DNA from: Callorhinchus milii
Lineage: Eukaryota
NCBI RefSeq assembly: GCF_018977255.1
Contig: NW_024704742.1
Location: 64,234,001-64,298,000 of the forward strand
DNA: 64,000 nucleotides
Direction: 5' to 3'
Part shown: positions 50,255 through 62,861 of the stretch, piece by piece
Numbering within the stretch: the first letter of the stretch is position 1
Layout of the letters: each line of letters starts with the position of its first letter
Made by a program: the position numbers and the translations under genes
The notes under the pieces: model-generated
Database searches by the model: none
What the model was told of the DNA's origin: nothing
Seen by the model: only the letters and a program-made list of their open reading frames with translations

Positions 50255-51441
50255 ATAGAATAACACTATGAGTCAAGGAGCACGTACCTTGTGGAACAGG
50301 AGAATTCAAATCAAACTATGAGCTAATTTGTGATTTTTTTTTACTGGGTTCCTTAATCTGGAAGAGGAATCTCGCAAATGGAGTATGTAACCAGGTATGT
50401 ATGCCATCAACCTGTCCAAATTGTGCTCTGCTGCATGATCGCAAAATTAGACCTAATTAAGTTTAAGAAGAACTGGATTGAGGAGCATCACACCACATAT
50501 CAGTGAAAAACATTTTTTTAAAAAATGCAGCTTTCGATGTTAAAAAAGCAGAAGAGTCAGCACACTTCTGGAAGCAATTATAAATACATTAAATCTACCA
50601 AGGTCAACCTAACCTTTGCTTTATGGTTTCCATAGTAATGTAGATTTTTTTTTAAAAACTTCATTACCAACTTACATTTTAATTTCTTTATGTTTTTTAA
50701 ATTCTTCTATTCCGAATCTCTTTCAGTGTCTTTTGTTCCCTGGTTTTACATTCTCTTTCCACACCTTCCAATATTTTCAAATGTGAAGCCTTTATTTGAT
50801 TTCCAGAGTCTTTCAACTCCCTCAGTCCTTTGTGCATTGTAACACTTACTCCCCTGAATTTTGCCATTTTTTTGCCATTTTTGTGTTTTTTTGTTTTTCT
50901 TACAACTCCTCATATCTTATTCCTTTTATTTTCAATCTCTCTGGAACTATTCTTTCTCCTGAGCCGCTTTCATCCTCCTTGTCTAACTCTCTCTTCCCAT
51001 CAGTTGCCTTCACAATTAATTAGCAGATGTGAAATCAACTCCAAGTCTTTGTGTTCAACTCAAAGAAATGGTGATTGTATTGCACACATTTTCAGAACTG
51101 ATATTGCATATGACAATGGGATTTTTAGCCCAGGGATTTTTTTTTCTGATGTGATTTTAATCTGAAATGAGAAATAAAACCAGCATCCACAGAATCATGA
51201 GGATATGAGTTTAATTTAAGATTATAATTAGCGTGGCAGGGAAGATTAGTAAAGGTTGGAGTTTCATTCACTCCGAGGGCTATCAGAGTACGGAACGATT
51301 TGCCAGGGGTTGTGGGGGAGAGATGTTGGAGCAGAGTCGATTAAGGGTCATTTGAACATTTGAAAGGAAAATAGATAAGCATCAGCAAAAGCACATTGGA
51401 GTCCAAAGGGAATGGAAAGAATTGGAAGTTGAATAAAGTAT

Positions 51442-51886
51442 AAATAGTAATTCTTGCATTTGATATAACGACTCATTGTTGAGACGTCTCAAAGTGCTTC
51501 ACAGAATATATGGTAAAGTGAATTGACTGAATTTTGTGGGTGAAGCGCAGCAGCCAATTGCACACAGCAGTGTCCCACAAACAGTCATGGATTGGGTGAT
51601 CAAATTTTTTTTTTAATTTTGAAGGGATTATTACCCCCGGAAAAGCGATCCACCAATCGACTAACTACCTGGTTCATACTTACTGCTTGGCAAACAGAGG
51701 CATATGGAGTAAGGAAACTTGTCTAACGTTTCGCCCTCCCCAGGAATAGAACAACAAGATTACATTTGTATAGCGACTTTCACATCGGGAGGACGTCCCA
51801 AGGCGCTGGAAACCCAGGTGTTTTGTTTGCGAGGCACATGCTCTAACCAATACCTTACAGCAATCCTCAATATTCTACAGGACTCC
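51442..51886 (-). mobile_element. SINE subfamily B with an L2 tail inserted in its B box (~51752-51808)
   Basis: ccaggaatagaac|aacaagattacatttgtatagcgactttcacatcgggaggacgtcccaaggcgctg|gaaacccagg. Confidence 0.85.
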
Positions 51887-53469
51887 ACCACAGGAAGGGT
51901 AATGAACACATAAAATGAAATACCAAGAAGGCTGATAGAAAGCACGTCACTGGGCTCAGTTATGAAACTGCATGCTCCAGCAATGCAGAGAAGGTAAAGT
52001 TATTATTCTAGAAGCATCAGATCAAACAATTGAATACCCTTTCTTTACCCAGACTTCTCCGGTGACCTTGAGATTGGTAGCCAGGTACAAAGGACAGTGG
52101 AAGATCACTGAGCAGACGGAGAGATTAATTTCTCATCACTACAGAAAGGGACCAGAATCTCACTGAGTTATTGTACTTATCATTCATCAGCCGGACTGTT
52201 GTTACTTAATCATAGTTGGAAGCACCATGATGGATATTTGTATTCACTTGATTTAATTCTACAGAGCGTGGAGTGTGTAGAGTAATGTTAACACGGTTTG
52301 CTTTGCTTCTGCACTGCTATGATTACAGAGGTCGATTCTGACACAGTGCTCATCATAACTGCAGCTGTACCACTAGAATTCTTGAAGTCAAACTTAATTT
52401 TTATGCTTGTAGTGATAACATTGAGACCTGTACAGGGAAAGAAGTCTCTCCCAATGTCCTGGCAAACAATCCTTATAAAAATTGGTCATTCACTTCATGT
52501 TTGGGGAATGTTGCTGAGCACAGATTGGCTGCTGTGTTCACCTACAAAATGCACAGTCTTTACACATTACAGTAAAATCCTGCGAAGCGAGTTGAGATGC
52601 CTCGATGAGGTAAGGCACTATACTAAATGCAAGGATTATTATTATTATTTGTGTAAATTTCTAGCAAGCGGCATAGTTCAGTTATGCAAGCTCCTAGCTG
52701 AGGTTCCAAGCCATTATTGTTGAGCATCTCCCAATGTAAAAGGCACTAAATAAATGTAAAATTATATTATAAATCAGTGTTTTATTGGTATTAAATGTGG
52801 CAGGTAAGCAGGTATATTTAAATACTTTGAAATGCTATCCCATGTGAAGGGCGCTGTATAAATGCACGTTGTTGTTGTTGTATCCAATAGAGTCACACTG
52901 AAACACTGGCTGCTTCTCTACCATCGCTAAATACAAATATGGTGACAGACAAAGCTAAGGACCCAACCATAGGCCAAAGTCATGTGCTTATGTGTGTGGG
53001 TGGGGGGTATGTCATCCGTGGTCATTGCTGATGCTGATACTTGTGATCACATTTTGTGGTAATTATCACTGGCAATAATTATCATTTTCCATGTGATAAT
53101 TATCACCAGCAATCATCAACACATCACAAGTCACATTTTTCGTCCCTTTGATTCTACAACTGACTCAGTAATTATTTTCTTTCGAGTCAACGTTAGCAGT
53201 CCACCTATGCTCAGAGACCCTTTTGAGACCTGGGTTGGGTGTATAGCAGCGCCAGAACGTTTAATTGTGTTCCTTGGTAACTCCCGTGCAGAGAGGTTAT
53301 TTTGCCTTCGCAAAAAAATCAATTAGTGCTGCCTCACTACAATGTGTTACATAAGAATGAACAGGAAACTTCAGTGTTAAGTTTAGAATAGCCCTTTACT
53401 CCACCTAACTTCAGCTGGCTCAGCTGCACTGTTAACGGTGTCGTCCTTTGGATGAGATGTTAAACCAAG

Positions 53470-53876
53470 ACTCCACTGGCTCCCCATCACCAAACAGATT
53501 GACTTCAAGATCCTCACTCTCGTGTTCACTCCCTGGCACCTCCCTCCTCTCCAACCTCTTCACTCCCTAGTCCACCACCCGGCGCCTCCGCTTGACTGTG
53601 GCACAGGTCTCCTGCTCGTCTCTCGCACCCTCAGCCTCACCATCAGAGGCCACGCTTTCAGCCACTACGCCCCGAAACTCTGGAATACTCTCCCTAAATC
53701 CCTCCACTTTACCCCCTCGCTACCCTCTTTCAATACCCGCCTGAAAACTTTCCTCTTCGACCATGATTCCAGCTATTTCCCCGTTCCCCAAACTTGGAGT
53801 CAGGCTCCACCACTGTTAAGCATTCTGAGACTCTACCTTGCGTGGAGGGCGCTATATAAATGCAAGTTGTTGTTGA
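53470..53876 (+). mobile_element. Old L2 3' fragment
   Basis: ctccactggctccccatc..attgacttcaagatcctc (LHWLP..IDFKIL), IRGHAFSHYAPKLWNTLP and a tail. Confidence 0.85.
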
Positions 53877-53892
53877 TAGGCAAATGATGAAT

Positions 53893-54363
53893 TAATTGAT
53901 GACTTGAAATATGTTGAATATGTGTCATTGTCAAACATGAATCATGACATTTAAAATTGTTTCCTGTCTTGGCTTCCTATTTTAAGGCTTATGATGCCAA
54001 ATCCATGTGGACAAACAAAACTCTTGGATCTTATCAAATTTAAAGGAGAGACAGCAGAACTTATTGCAGCTGAGATAATGAATGTTATGAATATGTATAT
54101 CCTCAAAAATAAGATGGTGGCATTTTCCATAAGACGTAGGAGCAGGAGTAGGCCATTCGGCCCCTCAAAGCTGCCCCACCATTTAATAAGATCATGGCTG
54201 ATCTTCTAACCTAATTCCATTTCCCCACCCTATCCCCATATCCCTCTATCCTTTAGAAATACTATTCTCAGTATTACCATTCTCTTTACTATTCTCAGTA
54301 GATAATACAAACTTTGGTGGCCTAAACAGACATGGAAGAGAAAATGTGCACACAAAAGTTAAG
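53893..54363 (+). pseudogene. hAT-like DNA transposase fossil, frameshifted and interrupted by a CR1 tail
   Basis: Successive frames give DDLKYVEYVSLS, LKLFPVLASYF and QTKLLDLIKFKGETAELIAAEIMNV..KNKMVAFS. After the insert at 54128-54290 it resumes FSVDNTNFGGLNRHGRENVHTKVK, resembling the DNxxxNFGG region of hAT-type DDE transposases. Confidence 0.7.
54128..54258 (-). mobile_element. CR1-type 3' tail
   Basis: taggagcaggagtaggccattcggcccctc..ataagatcatggctgatc..tccccatatccct. Confidence 0.8.
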
Positions 54364-54364
54364 A

Positions 54365-54710
54365 TTTTCTTTTTGGTCAGCCGGGTGTCTAACACATGTG
54401 GAAACCCATCTCCATGCTTAAAAAGTATCCAAACCAAACTGAGATTTCCCTGCATCCCACCTAGACATGGAAATCCCAGAGATAGATTGTTGGAATGGAA
54501 TGCGCACTCTCCCCCTGATGCCTAATTCAGGTTGGCAAGACCCAAGGCTTGGGGACCCCAGAGTGTGTGTTGAGATACTGCTGGAGTCTAACCAGCTAAA
54601 ACCACATAACTTGATATTGCTATCCAGCAAGCTTTCCCACTGCTTATCCAGCTAGGACCACCCTACCCTTTGAGGCTTTGGCTTGCAGGGATAACAGGAG
54701 CTGAGTGGGA
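54365..54710 (-). mobile_element. Family X repeat, long copy
   Basis: tttttggtcagccgggtgtct..aagtatccaaacc..ggggacccca..ggctttggcttgcagg. Confidence 0.85.
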
Positions 54711-55032
54711 TGATTATGTCTCCATTGACTAGATTGGATTTCTAAGTCCTGCCCATAAACCAGACTGTCATCCGTAGTGCTCTAGAATACTGGGTCAGGA
54801 ACCAGACTAGAAGTCCCAGGCCCTTCCAGTATTGGAAACACATTAAACTCTACCAAACCACCCCAACTCCCGCCCCCTGCTAGCAACACCCAACTCCCAC
54901 ATGCACACACAAATCTACAGAAGATTAAATCTTTTGTTCAACATTATACAAAAGAGAATCACTCACCAGCAGAACAAGCTGCCACCTAGTGATAGTTTTT
55001 AGTATTAAACAATCACAATTTGGGCAATTGTG

Positions 55033-55414
55033 ATAATAATGAAAATAATCATCCTTACATTTGGTTTAGCAAGTTTCATGTCAGGAGAATATCTCAAAAC
55101 GCTTCACAGGATTTACTGTGAAATGAAGTGACTGCATTGTCCATTTGTACACAGCAATGTCCCACAGACAGCCATGGAGTGAATGATCAGTTTTGATTGG
55201 GGGATTGTTGGCCAGGACACCACGAGAAACTCCTGTCTGTTTTTCGAGTTGTGCCATCAGATCTTTAATGTCCACCTGAACAGCCGGACGGCCCCTTGGT
55301 TTAACACCTCATCCAAAGGACAGCATCTCCGACCTTGCAGCGATTCCCCAGCGCTGCAGTGGAGTGTCAGATTAAACTATGCGAGTCAAGTCCTGATGAG
55401 GAGTTTGAACCCGC

Positions 55415-55445
<31 letters not shown>

Positions 55446-55462
55446 AATTGAACCAGGCTGAT
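55033..55462 (-). mobile_element. Deu-type SINE, best-preserved near full-length copy
   Basis: Head tggttcaattggtagcactc..ggttcaaactc; central tcctttggatgaggtgttaaacc..ggacattaaagatc..tggcac..ggtgtcctggccaac (resembles the Deu domain of AmnSINE1/SacSINE1, from memory); L2-like tail. Confidence 0.82.
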
Positions 55463-56171
55463 AAATTGGTTTTTACATGACAACAATTATCACACAGCGC
55501 TTGAAAAGTCGCAAACTTACCTCCAAAATTTCTATTTGAGTAAAAACAAATAAACTGCGAACGGCAAAATATAATATATTATGTAAAAGAGAATAATAAA
55601 TAGAAAGAGAGCTATAAAAAGGTAATAATAAGCGGCGAGGAAGGGTCACGCCTGCAACGAGTTTACTCTTCTCTCTCAGACGCTGAGTGCCATGCTGCTC
55701 ATGTAAAGCATTTCCCCTCTATTTATCCTGTCTTTTTGGATTGTTTTTGTCTGTTCCCTATTTTGCGACCTAACCTGTGTTGGCAATGCCGAACAAAAGC
55801 AACACTAATGTATTCATCTAGCCATCACGCACGCAAACAAATCAATCTGCTCACTGATAAAAGAGATATTTGTAGAGCGCAACAAAGTCAAATCAAAGGT
55901 AAATCGCAAAGGAATTCTGCTGCACTACGTGATAGCGCAGGCTCAATCTGAGCCTGTTTCCTGGAGGCTAAAGTAGCTCCCCTGCTCTTCCATAAACATA
56001 CACTCCAAATACACGTTTCATCTCAAAGCCGTCCTGCAATCCATTCCGGTGTTTTATTTATTTGATAACCAATAAAAATTGTTTATGATTCGAACAAAGA
56101 AGAACTTTTCTTTGGTAATACTCACTAAAGTCACTGCACTTTACAGTGCACTCTGTGAAATGCTTTGAGAC

Positions 56172-56650
56172 ACAGGTCATCCAAAACTCTGCCGCCTGCA
56201 TTTTTACCCGCACCAAACTCCGCTCCCCGCTAACCCCAGTCCTTGCCAGACTGCACTGGCTGCCTGTTCCAGAGAGGATTGACTTCAAGATCCTCACTCT
56301 TGTCTTCAAATCCCTCCACTCCTCTGTACCCCCCTACCTCTCTGACCTCTCTCCTCACAACAGTACCCGTTGCCTTCACTCCACCGGGTCTGGCCTCCTC
56401 CTTGTCCCCCAAATCCTCCGCTCCACCATCGGCGGCCGTGCCTTCAGCCACTACGCCCCAAGGCTCTGGAACTCCCTTCCTCACTCCCTTCACCTCGCTC
56501 CCTCTCTTCCTATTTTCAGGTAGTGGCTGCAGACCTTTCTTTTCCACCGCGCCTTTGATCACCTTCCTCCCCTCCTGGCTCGGCCCCGGGATCCATTACT
56601 GTGAAGCGCTCTGAGACGGGAAGGGGCTATATAAATTCAAGTTGTTGTTG
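56172..56650 (+). mobile_element. L2 3' fragment (third subfamily)
   Basis: [48 protein letters not shown] (ORF 56146-56523) and a tail. Confidence 0.9.
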
Positions 56651-57064
56651 AGACATTCTCCTAGTGTGAAAGGCACTAAAAACAAATGTAAGGATTATTG
56701 TTACTTTTATTACTACACAGGCTGCATCCTGTCTTGAACTCTGCAGCCAACGTCCTCTCCTGCACCAGGCTCCACATTCAGATCCCTGCACAGTCTCGCC
56801 CCACCCTACCTCTGTGGCCTCCTTCAACTCTATACGACCGGGTACCACTTTTGCTTCGAGGGTCCCAGTCTGCTTCATGTCCCCCATGCTACCCACCCCA
56901 CAATTGGCGAACTGACTTTCAGCCATTCTGTCCCCTCTCTCCAGAACTTCATCCTGGATCTCTTTGTCTTCCTTCCTCCCTCCCCTCTTTTAAGACATGG
57001 ATAATGTTACCATCATACCGAGGTCTAGTCTGTCTGCTGAAATGGACATGAATAATCCCAATCC

Positions 57065-57932
57065 CAGTCTGTCTGTCAAATCCTATATGAGAGCTAACTT
57101 TCTGCAGCTGAATGTCAGCAAGAATGAGGCCCTCACGATTGGCTCGCGCCAGAGCCTCTGCACATCAGGCACTGGCAGCATCAGCATCCATGGATACACA
57201 TTCCACCTCACCAAGCCAGTCAAGAACCTGGGCATCTTGTTCAACCCTCAACAGTCCTTTCTCCCCCATATCTGTGCCATGACCTGCTCTGCCTTCCCCC
57301 ACCTCCACAACATCGCTCGACTCCGCCACTGTCTCACCGCTCAGGCCCCTGTAACCCTCGCACATGCATTCATCACCTCAAGGCTCAACTACGGAAACAC
57401 CCTCCTTGTCGGCCTCCCCGACTTTCCCTCCATAAACTGAAGATCATCCAGAACTCTGTAGCTCATGTCCTCTCCCGCACTAGGCTCCGTGACCCCATCA
57501 CCCGCACCCTCGCCCGGCTCCACTGGCTCCCCATCCCTCAGAGGATAGAATTCAAAATCCTCATCCTCACTTTCAAGGCTCTCCATGGCCTTGCCCCCTC
57601 CTACATTTTTGACCTGCTGACCCACTATCAACCTCTCCATTCCCTCCATTCAGCAGGCTCCAGCCTTCTCTATGTCTCCCGTCCGACCCACCCTAACATC
57701 GGCAGCCAGGCTTTCAGCCTCTCTGCCCCCACCCTCTGGAATTCCACCCTGCAATCCCTTCACCTTGCTCTCTCCCTTGCCTCCTTCAAGGCACGACTCA
57801 AGACCCTCCTTTTTGACCGTGCCTTCAGCCCTCCTACCTCTCTGCCTTCCCTAATCCCAACTCTGCACCCCCATGTTCAAGTCCTGATTCTCCCGACGTG
57901 AAAAGCGCTTTACAAATGTAATTTTGTTGTTG
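57065..57932 (+). mobile_element. L2 3' fragment
   Basis: [39 protein letters not shown] (ORF 56997-57440) and a (TTG)n tail. Confidence 0.92.
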
Positions 57933-57934
57933 TA

Positions 57935-58372
57935 TAAGACAATGTCCTGTAGACAGCCACAAAAGGAATGACTAATATTTTTTTCTGACAGGGCTATTGG
58001 CCAGGACACAAGGAAAAACTCCCTCCTCTTTTTGAATAGCACCATAGGATTTGTAGAGTTGTGATGCCTTTAGGGCTGATAATATGAGTTTAAATATTTT
58101 CTGATATCTTGTTGGGAGATGTTACTGAATTGTAATAATCTTAACCATTTCATGTGCAAGGGAAATTTTATGTGCAATGGAAATTTCCCTCGTTTTAAAA
58201 AACCTCTGTTTGACATCTCACCTGAAGGACAGCACCTGCAACAATACAGAACTCTCCAAGCCCTGCTCTAGAGTGTCAGTCTAGACTGTGTGATTAAACT
58301 GTCTTAACATGGGAATTGGACCCATAACTTTCTGATTCAGAGAAGAGAGTGCTATCAACTGAGACAGGCTGT
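57935..58372 (-). mobile_element. Old Deu-type SINE carrying a ~150-bp foreign insert
   Basis: ggccaggacac..tttttgaatagcaccataggat|insert 58051-58198|..tttgacatctcacctgaagga..ttctgattcagagaagagagtgc. Confidence 0.75.
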
Positions 58373-58566
58373 TACAAGCCTATGAAACTAATGCCCATAT
58401 TATTATTGGAGGGTTATTTTGTGCCGAAACAACATAGGAAGTGGCTGAGCATGCAATTTCACAACTGGAATATATTTAGTTGAAGATGGGAATAATGTCC
58501 AGAGCAAAGCTCTTCATCACTTTAAACAGAGTGATAAAAATAATCCTTACACTTGATATATCAAGT

Positions 58567-58886
58567 GGAGTCCTGTAGCTCAGTGGTTAGAGCACTCGCT
58601 TTGCAAGCGAGAGACCTGAGTTCAATTCCAGACAGGGCGAAACCTTGGGCAAGTTTCCTTACTCCACACAGAGCCTAATAATAATCCCTACAAAACCAAA
58701 AACAATAATAAATTGGTCATTTTCAATCTACGACTGTTTGTGGGACATTGCTGTGCGCAATTGGCTGCCGCATTCGCCCACAAATATACAGTCAATTCAC
58801 TTTACAGTGTGTTCTGTGAAGTGCTTTGGGACGTCCTCCCGAAGTGAAAAGCGCTATATCAAATGCAAGGATTATTATTATTATTA
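58567..58886 (+). mobile_element. Young SINE subfamily A, full length
   Basis: ggagtcctgtagctcagtggttagagcactcgctttgcaagcgag..gagttcaattcc..(tta)n; inserted into the tail of an older minus-strand SINE. Confidence 0.95.
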
Positions 58887-59905
58887 TATCCCTTTACACA
58901 TCAAGTGGACGTCCCAAAAGTGCTTCACAGTGAAATGTCTGCATATTTTGTTGGCAAACACGGCAACGAATTTGCACACACCAATGTCCCACAAACAGCC
59001 AGGAAGAGAATAATCAATATTATCTGGAGAATTGTCGGCCGAGATGTGGATGGACTTTCCATTCCCTTTAGATGGAAAGTTTCTGATCTAGTGTTTTTCA
59101 CAGAGTAGGACTGTGTGACTTTCAAGACGCCCAAACCTATGAATATTAATAATTTCTAATGACCCAACAGCTGGAATGTCAACTCTCTGATACAAGCCAT
59201 TTAATTAAACCTGGCAGGAAACAAGAGATGACACACAACAATTAAACCAAGGAAGGTTACACTCTTAACCGAAAGGTTAGCAGAAGCTGACAGTAATTTT
59301 TTAATAATATACAATCGGCAATTTTCGCAGCCCCAATATTTTTGCTATATTTGAACTCGGAAATGTCCACGTCAAATTTAATGGGCCATAAATTAGATCA
59401 AGTGACTTATAACTTTATTAAACCAGGCAAGGCAAGTGCATAACAATTCTTGCATTTTCACATCAGGAGGACGACTCAAGGTGCTTCACAGGATTTACTG
59501 TAAAGTGTAGTAACTGCATTTTGTAGGTTAACGCAGGAACTAATTTATGTACAGTGATAGGGAGCAGCAACAGTGGCAGCGATCAACGTTTTCAATAAAA
59601 CTGAGTGAATAACTGTTATACATGTTAAAAATCTCAAATTAAGACTATCACACAGGCGTTTTACAGCAATGACTCTGGAAATGCCTTCAAAATAGCTCTC
59701 CACTTAATTTCATTGTCATCTATTCATGAGAAAGCATAAATCTTGGTGACAGACCAGGTCAGCTATGAACAAAAGATAATTGGATTACAGCACTTTTTGA
59801 AATAGTCTTTATCTATCAAGGAAGGAGCCGTCGTGATGGGAGTCTGATGGGAAAAGGTGAAAGGTGTTGGTGTGCCAATAAAGAGTCACACCTAAAGCTC
59901 ACAAC

Positions 59906-60210
59906 TAGTTGTGTATTGGTTAGAGCACTCTTCCTGCAAGTGAGAGGACCCAGATTTGATTCCTGGGCAGGTTGATTGGCAGATCACTTTCTGGGTGTAA
60001 TAATCCCTTCAAAATACATTTTTAAAATAGTAATAGTGATTTGGGCACTTGATCCACGACTGTCTGTGGGCCGCTGCTGTGCGCAATTCGCTGTTGCATT
60101 TTGCCCACAAAATATACAGTTAATTCACTTTACAGTATATTCTGTAAAGCATTTCAGATGTCTCAACAACGTGTTAAGGTTCTATATCAAATACAAGGAT
60201 TATTATTATT
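59906..60210 (+). mobile_element. SINE subfamily B, internally deleted
   Basis: gtattggttagagcactc head..gattggcagatc..tail ggattattattatt. Confidence 0.82.
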
Positions 60211-61979
60211 ACAAGTGCCGGTTCTACTGTTCCAACGTGGCCTACATTTATTTCAGCATTTTGCTTCTCTTGGTGACTCACAATTGATGGAAGCCAGGAG
60301 TAAACCATCACTATTTAGCCACCCACCCATCCAAGTGCCAGCAAGTTTCCTACAGTTTATTTATCCCTCAATCTGGCTGCCCTGAATCCTTATGATCAAC
60401 GGGACATGGTCCAGTTGCTGGCACTGTATACAAGAAAGTATGAGGTGATACTTAATCTTGTCATTCAGACACACCTTTAAGATTCACTCTTGTTTTTTAT
60501 TGTGGAGGTTTATTTTAATCTGTAATTAGGTAGCTCCTTCCCCCTCCCCTCCCAACACACACACACACATACCTACCTCTCTCCTCCCCAGTTGCTGTCA
60601 ATGCACTGAAGAATCACTTACATCTGGGAACATTCAGGAGGTTGCTGGCTTTGGGCAAAGTAAAACCGAATATATTACTCAATGTACTTAGTCCGGATTA
60701 TCCTCCCACAAATCAGCTTGCTAATGGCATGCATTGGCCTAGATCGATGAAAGCGTGAAATCCATTTTTTTACCGGACATCTACAGAGCCGGAAAGCAAT
60801 GTTACACTAAAAGCCAGATGGAAGTTTTAAGCAGTCATGATTCTCATGAGAATCACCAAACTTCAGAAAAGTTCAGCTTTGTTCTAATCAGAAACAATTT
60901 TTGTCAGTTATCAAATAAATAAAACATCGGAATGGATTGCGGGAAGGCTTTGAGGTGAAGCGCGTAAGCAGTGATCATTGAAATCTGCTGATGACTCCAA
61001 GCCATCAGAACCTTAGAATGATGGTGAGGCAGGTGTGGTATCAGGTTTGTGAAGTGCTTTGAGATGTTCCACCCATGTTCCCTCCTCTTTTCGAGTAATC
61101 ACATGGTATCCTTAATATTCACCTGAACTGTGGATCTTGGTTTACCATCTCATCCAAAGGATGCAGTTCTCTTCCCCCCAGCACTGCACTGGAGAGCCAG
61201 CCTAGACAATATGAATTCAAATACCCAACTTGGGGCTTGAACCCACAACTTTCTGACTCAGAGGAAGAGTGCTTCCAACTGATAAAATTGGTCATTCATT
61301 TCATGGCTGTTTGTGGGACATTGCGGTTGTCACATTTGCCTACAAAATATACGGGAACTATACTTTGCATACAAACGTAAATTGTATTGTATTGTAAAAC
61401 CTGATGTTCACCTGACATGAAAGTCACGATAACAAATGCAAAGATTATTTATTGTTACTAAATAGTTTTACAGTTCAATGGATTTTTTAATTAAACATTA
61501 AGACAACTGTGTTTTCTGGGCTTGTCAGTTGCAGTTGATTGTTAACTTGTCAATTAATTCTGAAGTTGCACAGTTTTAGCCTTTGTCAATGGCCTGCTGA
61601 TTACAGAATATGGAATAGTATAGAGAACAAATATGGTACAACATCAATAACCAAATTTGAGGTTACAATGACTTTAACTGAGTTTCCACAGCATTGATAG
61701 TGACCTAGCAACATCCAGGAGGTTACTTAACCTACTTAAAGGTTTCTTCTTTAGTCTCCCACTTCTATCTCCACCTTCTGCCTTTGCTCAGCATTCAACC
61801 CCACCATTGTGAAGCGCTCTGAGATGTTATCCGAAGTGAAGGTCACTTTAAAAATGAGCATTGTCTTTGTTGTAACAAGTGCTGGCACAATTGAAGGAAT
61901 AAAAGGCCGCAGTATTTTAAATACATCAGTGCACTTAACATCATTGCTATTCCCTGTTCAGGACACCATGTGTGTCTGT

Positions 61980-62395
61980 TACAACAACAACAAAAATAAC
62001 AACAAAATTACATTTGTATAGCGCCTTTCACGTTGGGAGGACGTCCCAAGATACTGGACAGTCAGACTTTTGGACCCAAGCTGGGGGTTGGAATCGGGGA
62101 GGGTGGAGGGCAGGGGGGGAAGGAGGGTGATCAAAAGCACGTTGAAGAGAAGCGTCTTGAGAAGGGTCTTGAAGGAGGCAAGGAAGGGAGCGAGGAGGAG
62201 GTATTGCAGGATGGCGTTCCAGAGGGTGGGGACAGAGTGGCTGAAGGCCCTCTCACCAATGGCGTGGTGGGCGAGGCGGGGGACGTGAAGCAGACTGGAG
62301 CCTGTTGAGCAGAGGGAGCCAATCAGGAGGACCTCGTTCTTGTTGACGTTCAACTGAAGAAAGTTAGTTCTCATCCAGGACGATGTCTGACAGAC
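61980..62395 (-). mobile_element. L2 fragment with internal deletion
   Basis: SWMRTNFLQLNVNKNEVLLIGS fused directly to LLHVPR..IGERAFSHSVPTLWN; (CAA)n tail. Confidence 0.88.
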
Positions 62396-62861
62396 ATGGA
62401 AAGGTACATGAGGGGTATATGTCACAGACCCATATGCTCCATGTACCATTCCATTGTAATCTGGTTCCAGGCAGGGTCAGACATTCTGCTGTTGTGGCCA
62501 CTAAAGTCAGCAATAATGCACGTCCCAGGGCCATTTCAATTACTGTTATCTCTTAGTAACCAGCACTTTCTATATAGCCGCAGGCAACTTGTGATCCCTG
62601 AGAACTGCATTACGCACAGAGATGTGACACTCAACTTCACCATTCTCAATTTAACGGATAATAGAGCTGAGCAAGATCTTGGATACATTTTGACTCGCCC
62701 ACCAGTTCTTAAAGTCTGTCTGACAACTGTGTAGTTCAAAGGTGATCGCAGGCTTGGACCTTTGATGAAACAGCCAAGAGCAAATTTTCACATGGAAAGC
62801 TCCAATGTTTACACATTTTGATGAAGTAATAAAGCGCTGTATAAAACGCAAGGATTATTAT

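Noticed and set aside
58567..58640. tRNA-Ala(TGC) gene (and similar heads at 7490-7562 and 48225-48296)
   Set aside because: A/B boxes and an anticodon arm are present, but there is no proper acceptor stem and each continues into an identical SINE body and tail.
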